64,000 bases of DNA, from contig OX597815.1 of NCBI GenBank assembly GCA_951406725.2, forward strand, positions 147,188,001-147,252,000, read 5' to 3'. The notes below the pieces were generated by a model. The model did no database searches. It had not been told where the DNA came from and saw nothing but the letters and a program-made list of their open reading frames with translations. This stretch comes from Octopus vulgaris. Taxonomy: Eukaryota. A program made the position numbers and the translations under genes. Of the stretch, positions 53,951 through 64,000 are shown in pieces. Position 1 is the stretch's first letter. Every line of letters begins with the position of its first letter.

Positions 53951-56529
53951 ACTTACCATACTTTCTATTATTGTTTAATGCTAGGTTAGCCTTAGCTGAA
54001 GAGACCCATATTCTCATGCATTTTAGATATAACTATACCGTTTTCAAATTTCTTTTAACATTTTCTAGTAAAATCTTTCCATAGTCAATTTCTCTTTATT
54101 TAACAGTTGTCTGTGAAACGAGAAACATTGGCTGCTATTTCCCGCAAATCGATCGACATACTAGGAATTCCTATTTCGGTTTGTAGTAAACAAAGTCATT
54201 AAGGATTGTAATGTAAAGTCTTACAGTTATTAAGGGAGCCATATTGTTCCGAGCATTAAAAGTTAGAGGTTTCTTCTTATTAATAAAGCAGTCAATCACG
54301 CAGATGAAATGTACCAACCAAGAAAGCATTGTGTTTATTATTCACAACATGGCAATAATTCCAAAATGAAATGCATATGAATTCGAATAATCTTTTAATG
54401 TTTTAATAGAAACAGGGGAATGGCATATGCACTCCAAAGACATTAATATCTACAGCAGTAATTCTTTTATGGCAGAATTCCTTATGCAAAGCTTGTATTG
54501 TTTGCTGGTGCAATTACTGAAATATCCAGTGAATAAATTTGGAAGTCATACAATGATAGCTTCAAAATCTAATTATGAATCCTTTTGTTGGAAATAAGAT
54601 GTTTATATTCTAAAACAAGAAACGCTATATTTACATGAAAAATCCTCAGAGCTGTCTGAGAAGTAATTATCCTAAAGATGTTTGCACGCTCATAAAGTGT
54701 AGTCGTATTTGAGTAGAATATCTACTTATTTTGACAGAATATTTCAAAATGCGGGTATTTTACTCACCATCTTGAAATGGGATTCGGCATAATATCAACG
54801 ATAAATATTTGTCAATAAAATTCTTCCTGTCATTATTTTATACGACATTTAGTTTACCACCCCATACCCATTGTTTTTTCTATTTCTGCTAGTTCCCCAT
54901 ATACACACAATGTTTATTTATTTGCATAGTTTTCCCTTTCTTTCTCTTATGCTTTGTCCTCGTTTCCTTACAACAAACTACAATTGAATTTATAAAAAAA
55001 ATGGCGAACGTACTGTAGGATAATGCCTTTAGTAATGGGATTTCTGTGAGGAAATACGCAGATAGATTTAATTACATTCGCTTTTAAACTAAAAGCAAAT
55101 TATATATAAATAATATATAAAACGTACAATTTCTCCTAGATGATTCATTTTATTATATTCGACTGCCATTAATCAAAATACATTATTTAACATTGTTTCC
55201 TTTTCCCTATGTTCATTAAGACAGAATTCCTCGTAGACATTACTGCAGAATCTTCGTAATTACAGCTTATTCTCTTCAACAGAAGGCATAATTAGTTAAC
55301 ATATTTATTTGCAACAATAGTAAAAATCTAATTTGCAAAGAATGGTTACAAACGACGAGAGAATGTGCAGATGGGTGAATCGATAGTATACTGTGTCGCC
55401 AAACGTTCCGTAGAATAGTTCCCATTGCTTAAGCTATATTGTATTTAGGCCCCAGGGATTCAGTTCCGAAAACTGTAAAACAGTGGAGACCCTATCAAAG
55501 ATGAAGCAAGTCAAAGAATATATTATGTTTGATCTCCTTGTTCAATTATAGCGGATCTAGTTCGATATAACCGAAAATGATGAGGTTAACAGTATATGAT
55601 TTATATCTCAAAATGTAAAGCGAAACTTAATGTAGTAATGATTTACTACGTGATAGCAAACCTGAGAATTAAAATACTTTTGTTTCAATATATTTTACAG
55701 AATATTGAAAGGGTAGATTTGTTGAAAAAATGATTTCCCTGAGATTATTAATGACGTTAACAATATAATGCTATGATTAGCGTTAGGGAAAAAGTTAACA
55801 AAAGAGAACACACATCTCAACACTCACGGTCAAAAATGATAAAATACTGGCATGTTTTAAGTAATGTTATTATTTCAATTCTCTCCGACGCGAACCATTA
55901 GAAGTGTATTTGTTGCTCCTTGATTTACGCGCTAATTTTAGTGGAAACTAAATTAGAATTTCTTTTCGAATGTTTTTGAAAATCATTATTGCCTTCAATT
56001 AAATTTGTTACGAAATAAAATAAATGTCTTTCCCGAATTAGCTGTTGCTAAACCACATCATGTTATACATTCATTTGGGTGCCCAATACAATCCACATGG
56101 ATCATGGACTTGTGCTTCAGTTTTACAACTTCTCTCTTGAAAAGCAGCCATATTTTAAAACGTTACTTCTTTTCTTTGAATTTTGAATATTACTTTCCAA
56201 ATTATAACACATTTGTCAATGGTTGCACAAAATCAAGTAAATTCTTGCAGGAATCTTTTCTATATTGCTATTCACTTTCTCCATTTTAGTTGTCTTTCTT
56301 TTGTGAAGTCCTTTAAAACCAAACATAACACGTTCACAATTATAATTCATGTATTTATTCAAAATTGGTGATGGGAAAATTGGGAGAAGAACTTAATATA
56401 TTTGAAGAGAGAATCGTGACCTAGTGAATTTGTTTAGTAAATTTAAAAGTACATAGATTCTTGTAAGTTGCATACAACAAGATGTAAATATTTAGAGATT
56501 GAGAGTGAGTGATATATACATACATAACT

Positions 56530-56614
<85 letters not shown>

Positions 56615-57149
56615 TAGACACATAATACATACATATGTATAAATACATCTATCTATCTATCTGTTTGTCTATCTATCTATCTAGCTAGCTAGGTAGCTGT
56701 CTATCTATTTAGCTATCTACCTACGTATCTCTATCTATCTATCTATCTATATATGGGTGTGTGTGTACGTGTGTGTACGTGTGTGTGCATGTGGGTGTGC
56801 ATGTGTGTATATATGTCTTTGTATGTCCGCGTATGTATGTGTTTGTATGCGTATCAAACATAGCATCAAGTTTAAAGAGAATAAAAGTTTATCTCAATGA
56901 TGTGGAACATGCTTGGAATAGAAGTTTACATTACTTTCAAATACACTCTCTCGTCCTATACGATCGTAATGCTCACGTTTCCGATAACGCAACTGCCCGA
57001 TTAGGGACTGTCCCTTACTAAACAAAGCGATGAGCATGTTTAACCTATATTATACCCACTGAGCTGGAATGAATTCAAACTAGATCACTACTTAGCATTT
57101 AGTGTGTAGAAGGTAGCAAGCTTGGAGAATCGTTAGCATGCCGGTCATA

Positions 57150-57490
57150 TATAAAGTTGAGGTTTCACCATTAGTGAATAAAAAAAGATATACATAGGAA
57201 GTACGACTGATTTTAAGACTAAACATTGGGCACTAGAAAATTCATTCATTAATCAAGAAACAAAGAAAATACAACTGCACTATTTACCCATATTAATAAT
57301 TCAAAAATGTGCAATAAAGAATTCAGTCTAGATTGGTGCATTAAAACGGAAAACGCATCATACAATACACACACCAGCAATTGTAAATTATGCACAAAAG
57401 AAGCAATCTATATACTCCTTGCTGACAAAAATATTATACTTAATAAGATCTGGGATGTCATTATTCTTTGTAGACATAAATATTTAGCAA
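57150..57490 (+). mobile_element. PLE GIY-YIG C-terminal remnant
   Basis: RYIGSTTDFKT...NSF...FSLDWCI..ASYNTHTSNCKLCTKEAIYIL...LNK..DVIILCRHK. Confidence 0.8.
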
Positions 57491-57730
57491 CTTTTCACTT
57501 TTTTCCGAAAACAATTAGCTTATATGATTTTAACCTAGTTAACATGTATTTGTATTCATCTTAAAACACTATTATCTCTTGCTTCATAATGTATTTAAAC
57601 ATGTAATGTTTGCTCTTATTATATCATTCGCCTGAACATTATGTTGCGACACAGCATTTGATTTTTAGAAATTCTTAAATTTCTCCTGTTGCTTAAAACT
57701 TTTAAATAACACTTTTATAAATCCTTTAGA

Positions 57731-57828
57731 TTAACTCTGATGAGAGAAATATTCCAGCCAATATACTGTTATAGCTGGAATTACCTCGCCCATACCAAAC
57801 TATATCTACTTGAAACAGCCGTGAGACT
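57731..57828 (+). ncRNA. Hammerhead-like motif with extended stem II downstream of the PLE remnant
   Basis: CTGATGA-GAG..ATTCCAGC/GCTGGAAT hairpin..CTT-GAAA-CAGCCG-T; stem I poor. Confidence 0.45.
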
Positions 57829-58310
57829 TTGCACCTACTCAAGATTCCTTTTAAAATCATTTTATATCAACGTTTTCATCTATTTGGATTACCGCTATAC
57901 ATTCACCATCCGCACATTTTAATATCCTCATCGATTTCAATAGGGACATACTGCCTCGTAAGTACATTTATGTCTTTACGTCTTAAAAAATTTCTTTATT
58001 ATGTCTTGTGTATATGAATGCACCTATTTATGCTGTGGAGTATTCTGGCTCTTTCAAATACACTGAGAGAATATGAACATTGGTTTGAAATTTGTTCTCT
58101 CATTCTTGGTTTTATAGTCGTGAGGCTCCACTGGGGTGTTAATTAGTTGTGCTGTTTAAGGAGAGAATTATCCTATTTATCACTTCATTATATATATATA
58201 TGTATTCTTTTCTACTCTAGGTACAAGGTCCGAAATGGTTGGGGAGGTGACCAGTCGATTAGATCGATTCCAGTACCCAACAGGTACTGAATTTATCGAG
58301 CCCGAAAGGA

Positions 58311-58441
<131 letters not shown>

Positions 58442-58468
58442 GAAATAATGGCGCAAGCAGTCTTTAGG

Positions 58469-58816
58469 TATAATCACAATTTAGGTTACTTGATATATGT
58501 TTGTCCCATATTTCAACTGCTAAAAGCAATAAAAAGGTGTGAAGACACCTAATTCGTTCAGTGTTGCTATAAAGCTACTAGCTTTAATTAATTTGTTCAG
58601 AATTGCCTCTCTTAGATACATCTCTTTGACAAGAGTCAATGGACTCAGAGCATTGATGTCGGAGATTTCCGAGAGATGGCGACACTAAACGAAGTGGATG
58701 TTTCCACACCTTCTTATCAAAAGGGAGATTTTTCTCCATGGCAACTGCCGTGTATTTGCCTTTAGCAGTTGAAATATATGACAGACTTATATGAATTAAT
58801 CTAAATTGTGAATATA
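58469..58816. repeat. Imperfect ~63-bp inverted repeat with ~220-bp spacer
   Basis: 58469-58531 vs 58753-58816 (TCACAATTTAG/CTAAATTGTGA; ATATTTCAACTGCTAAA/TTTAGCAGTTGAAATAT). Confidence 0.8.
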
Positions 58817-58952
58817 TATATATGACAGGTATTGGTATCTAGAACACACAAAGTGTAGCGCGTAACACTAAGTAGGTGCTATGGACAGACACTAGTTAAA
58901 CTCTTGGTTCGATAATGATACGAGTGAGGATCTCTCTCTCTCTCCATGTATA

Positions 58953-59013
<61 letters not shown>

Positions 59014-59104
59014 GGAAGCTTTATGAAAATAGACAAAAGACGAAGGCAGGTGGAATACAAACAAACAATTGTATTAGTATGGCGCTCAGGAATATAAATA
59101 AAAG

Positions 59105-59142
59105 TCTTTTACGTTTCGAGCCTACGCTCTTCAACAGAAAGA
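59105..59142 (-). ncRNA. Minimal hammerhead with A6U core in a short TA-embedded element (59012-59192)
   Basis: TCTTT-CTGTTGA-A-GAGC-GTAG-GCTC-GAAA-CG-T-A-AAAGA: perfect stems I and II. Confidence 0.7.
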
Positions 59143-59195
59143 TACACAGAAAAGAAATAGAGAAAGAAATAAGGAGAGAAAATACGGAGAGAATA

Positions 59196-59228
<33 letters not shown>

Positions 59229-59382
59229 TCATACACACACAGACAAACGCACACATATATATACACACAGACATACATATACGTATATATATATATGCAT
59301 ACACACAGAGACAAAGACACGCATATATATACACACACAGACAAACACACGCATATATATACACACACTGACACACATATAC

Positions 59383-59436
<54 letters not shown>

Positions 59437-59744
59437 AAAATACTGATCATTATGGTTAGCTGGAACTTAGCTCGGAGTTAATACGTTATCCGCCCAGATA
59501 CTATATATCCTTCCATACCACTGGTATACATATGTGTGTGTGTTTGTATGTGTATGTTTAGTAAAAAACGTAGTACTTAGAGCCATTTGGGGTCTATTGC
59601 TAGCATGTGGCGCTATTCATTAGTGCTTTTATTATAATTATATTTAGATAATTATATACTTTGTACCAATTGGTACTTCTATGGATTCTTGATAAAATCT
59701 TCTAAAGATGTTTCCCTTGATTACGTATATATATACAGTGAGAT

Positions 59745-59816
<72 letters not shown>

Positions 59817-59818
59817 TA

Positions 59819-59867
<49 letters not shown>

Positions 59868-62389
59868 GTGTATATATATATATATATATATATATGTATT
59901 TATTTATATATATATATATATGTATTTATATATATATATATATATATACATACATATATATATATACACAGAGAGAGAGGGGGAGATAGAGTGAGAGAAA
60001 GAGTGTGTGAGTTTACGTCTTGAGGATTGAAAAATTTTGGAGAAGCATAAAATAGATCGTTTATAATAATGAAAGTCGTAGTAGATAAAACTAAAGAATA
60101 GTACGTAAATATTGGATTTATAAAATTTGTGAAACTTACAGACACTGAGATCAATAGTACTTCAGTCGAGTGAATATTTTAAGAATTATAAATCCGTGCC
60201 TCCTCACTCCTTTTTACCCGGAGTTTGAGAACTAAGCAATATATAGTACAAACGGCTGTAAATGTGGTCAATCCTTCATGGAAATTAGTTATTGTTTCAA
60301 GCCTCACTGACAACTGTGAATAGTTTTAAATACGTCGTTTATTTATAGAAGTTTTTCTTGACTCTGAAATCCAGTTGGGTGGGTTTCTTTCATTAGATAA
60401 GTGTCAATAACTAGCAGTGTTTATAGGGTTCGATTAAATCAGCTATAAAACCCCTTCAGCAATCGATCGAATGGCTATAAAGAAATCATCGTTACAAATA
60501 CATTTAACAAAGAAAAAAGCGAATAATATTATCATTTGAAAGGAAATGGAGCCATGCAATCACGCGGAAATTAGATCTGCTTCGTAACAAATTAAATATT
60601 GCCGTTAGATGTGCTAGAGTAACAATATATCATGATTTAACACTTAACTGAAAAATGCAGTAGTCCGAAACTAAGCCATTACTTTGAGCTCCCGTGATCA
60701 CAGTTATCCAACAACATGTAATCAGCTTTATTGAAATCAAGCGTATTTGGAAAGAGCGTTGGTTGCAATATTCATGCTTATTAGAAGCATTCTATCATAG
60801 AAAAACTATATAAATACAACTAGGTTTCGAACGTGTATCACATATACGATGGCATAGGTACATCAAACATTGCAGTACATGTCAAAGAGACATGACCGTA
60901 TCATTTTATAAAATATATAGGATTTAAGTAGCGGCGTCTAACAATATTTTCTCATGGTTGAAATGGTATTTGCTCCAGCAGGCTTGTTTCCGTTGTTTTA
61001 CTTTTTGACATTAGTTCAGTCAGTTATAGCGGAAGTTGTGGCAAAGTTACGCTATGTGCTCCACTTCAACACAGCAATCTCAATAAACTGAGATAAATTC
61101 GGTTCATTATCTTCTAAAACATCCAATACAAATATACTTTCTATCGTTGAGAAGAGATCAATAGACAAGTGACTTAACGTGTCAATGTCTTGTAATTCAT
61201 TCAATATATTTCTTGGTTTCTCAATGTCACCTGAAAAGTCATCGAGTCAATACATTTGTATAAAGAATTCTTGTAAAACGAAAGCAAATCGATAACAGTT
61301 TTGCTGGGTAATAAGGATATGCTAGTGTTGCTATGTTATAGGAGAATTTATCGCATTATATTACTGGCTGTAATTCAGCAATTCTCTGTGTGTAGGTGAT
61401 ATAAAATGTACTGTTAATGAAATTGATTTTCTTCCCTTTCTTCATGAATGTGGTACTTCGATGCAAATGTATACCTCCTCATTTGGAAGTCCTTTTTCAC
61501 ACCTACGCACACATAGAGAGAAATGCACATACACTCAGAAGTGCACTAAGATACATACACACACATACGCATACACAGGCGCACACGCACGCACACACAT
61601 TCACACGCTCACTTATACACATCCAGACACACAGGCACAGACACAAAACTCACATATAAGCACTCACACACGCACATATACACACTGATATACACACACG
61701 TAATAACACTTGGAGAATTACTTAGATTGCAGTCCAGACGCTTTTAAAGAAACAGGTTGTTTCTGATGTCATATCCAATTCATCACGCGTGTGTAGATGA
61801 TCTACTTTAAAGTGCACGATAAATATAAACAATATAATGTCGAATGATACGTAAAGAAGAAAATAAATCTCACAGTAAAGGCATTAAGTCGAACACATTT
61901 ATTTAGCTGGGAAACGAATGATACTATAGAACGAAATATGCAAATAAGTATCAAAGGAGAGATGTACGTTTAACAACATTTGTCGCGTGAGCAATCTGGC
62001 ACAGGACAATTGGATATCATATTCTTAATATAAGACGACAAATACATTTATCAGATCTGGGTGAATGAAAGCTGTTCTGTAATATGATAAAATGTAGTTA
62101 TATGAAAATTTCTATGTAATGCTGAGTTTTATGTGATTACCCCACAAAATATTAGTAATATTAATAAGCTATATTAACAAGCTTTTTCACCAGCCTTTAT
62201 GGTTTTGTCTTTGATTTGAAACAATGTCTGCAATTAAATTCTTGAGCAAATTTCGACAGTAGGTCTAAACACGGGTCAAACCATCTCAAAGGAAAAGCGA
62301 ATCACGGTTCAATCGAGATCCATTGGCGTATAAAAGCGCTGACTCAAGAAATAAGCAGTGGCACAGACAAGTTGTAGTAGTGAAATAGT

Positions 62390-62561
62390 TTAATGGAGTG
62401 TTAGTGAGGTACACAAAATCTGTTTGATTATTATGGCAATCCAGTGTGGTCTATGAAAATTAACAGCTCGCTCCAGGCGTGTGTACTCGCACTCAGCCAC
62501 ATACTCGAAGAGGAATTCTCCGTTTGTGATATATTCAATAATGTTGTAAGAATCCACCAGG
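62390..62561 (-). CDS. Candidate terminal exon of an unidentified host gene
   Basis: Acceptor-like TCTGATTTTCATTTCAG, then LVDSYNIIEYITNGEFLFEYVAECEYTRLERAVNFHRPHWIAIIIKQILCTSLTLH*; non-repetitive; protein not recognised. Confidence 0.3.
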
Positions 62562-63263
62562 CTGAAATGAAAATCAGATTTGTGGAAATGGAGCAATATC
62601 AAGTTACACCACCCATTCATGCGGCTATTAAATTACAATAGCCATTCATGTATCATAAAGTATATACACTGTCAATAGTCCAGTTACTGCAATATTCGTC
62701 CTGAGACAACATCCATTATGAAAGTGCTGTTAAAGAAACGCTATAAAATTAGTAGTAAACGATAGTTTGTCCTAACGGTGACTTGCAATCAATTGCAGTG
62801 GCACATATACGTAGCTAACCACATGCTTTTGGTTTTTATTCTCTTTAGACATTTGTTACCTTATCTTACACATATAGCTTTTGTTTGTCGTTAAGTACAT
62901 ATTTAAAACATAGGGGGATTCTTTTGTAAGGTGGGAAATTGCATAGTAATGAATCTCATGGTGGCCATTACACAGCTTGTGATTACATGTAAACTATGAA
63001 AAGTATTAAACTAGGTAAGGGATTTATTTCTAGATTAGAGAGTTTTGATAAAAACATATTCAATTCAACTTTTATTGAAGGTCAGCTTTATTTAATATAT
63101 TTATGTCTAATAACATAATAAATTATACTGATGTACTTGCATAGCAAGTGACCTGAACTGAGATCGTGAGCTGGAACCAAAACATTTGCAGTGTGGAAGG
63201 TGTTTACAAGCCACTTAAGAAACTCAGAAAATCCGTTATATTCACTTTAACGTTTAAATTCAA

Positions 63264-63314
63264 TTTGCCAAAATATTTTCGCAGCTTTGCGACCGTGACC
63301 TGTTCACAGACAAA
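63264..63314 (-). ncRNA. Minimal hammerhead with G3:C8 core (left arm)
   Basis: TTTGTCT-GTGAACA-G-GTCAC..GCTGC-GAAA-ATAT-T-T-TGGCAAA; core intact, stem II decayed. Confidence 0.55.
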
Positions 63315-63401
63315 ATTCCGTGCTGCATCTGAGAATGTATCAGTTAGTTCACCTAACAGTTAGTTCAAATAAATATTACTTTCTCATATGCAGCACGGAA
63401 T

Positions 63402-63452
63402 TTTGTCAGTGCACAGGTCGTGGTCTCAAAGCGACGAAAATATTTTGACAAA
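63402..63452 (+). ncRNA. Minimal hammerhead with G3:C8 core (right arm)
   Basis: TTTGTCA-GTGCACA-G-GTCGT-GGTCTCAAA-GCGAC-GAAA-ATAT-T-T-TGACAAA; 7-bp stem I, 5-bp stem II, A6C. Confidence 0.6.
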
Positions 63453-64000
63453 TTAAATTTGAATGTTTGAGTGTATCTAACGGATTTTGTGTATTTCTTA
63501 AATGGCTTATAAACACTTTCCACGCTGCAACATAATAAATGTATCTACTAATTTTGTCTATAGTCTGCTTTATAATTGGAGGGATGTTGGAGATATCATG
63601 AATTTTGCCTCCCATTTGGTTTTACTCTTGATGCCTTTAATTTTGCAACATGGAAATTTAATTCATTTTGTATTTCTTTCTTAGACTGAAAGCAATATTT
63701 CACAAAGAAATGTATGTACATGCACAGAGACATATATGTGTCTATATTCTTTTGTGTTAACGTATATTGACAGGAACATTTCAGCACTGCTGGACACACA
63801 GATAATTTGTCCTTGTTTATCTGTGGAAATGTTTGAAAATGAAAATTCGCGTCACATATCGTTTTATAAAAAATCGATAGTTACTTGAGAATATCAACAC
63901 TGCTAAGACAAATCATGTTTTGGAGACTTCTCGTCTCGGGTGCAAGGTTCTGCGTGAAATGTTCAGCTACTAGCATTGAATGAAATAACAATTTTTCAAG

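Larger units (their letters stand above)
63187..63530. repeat. Long imperfect inverted repeat (~150-bp arms, ~45-bp spacer)
   Basis: 63187-63335 is the reverse complement of 63381-63530 with scattered substitutions. Confidence 0.92.

Noticed and set aside
61050-61235. Open minus-strand stretch after a TTTTCAG acceptor-like site
   Set aside because: No recognisable protein and no other support.

Overview
AT-rich, microsatellite-dense eukaryotic intergenic or intronic DNA. The SINE families suggest an octopus or other cephalopod genome (inference). Most ORFs in the track are simple-repeat artefacts, and no host gene can be called with confidence; there are only two weak exon candidates. The window is a retroelement graveyard. 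It holds one Penelope-like element (PLE) with an intact RT + GIY-YIG frame (open 10723-13227), several decayed PLEs, two R4/Dong-type copies in (TAA)n arrays, an RTE LINE with a long target duplication, CR1/L2-, RLE-, Tc1/mariner- and Helitron-type remnants, and many tRNA-derived SINEs. The most notable signal, read by eye, is a set of about ten hammerhead ribozyme (HHR) motifs, several next to PLE sequence. Their catalytic cores include canonical, U4C and A6U versions, plus a compensatory G3:C8 core present as a head-to-head inverted pair at 63187-63530. All coordinates are manual estimates and no database search was run.
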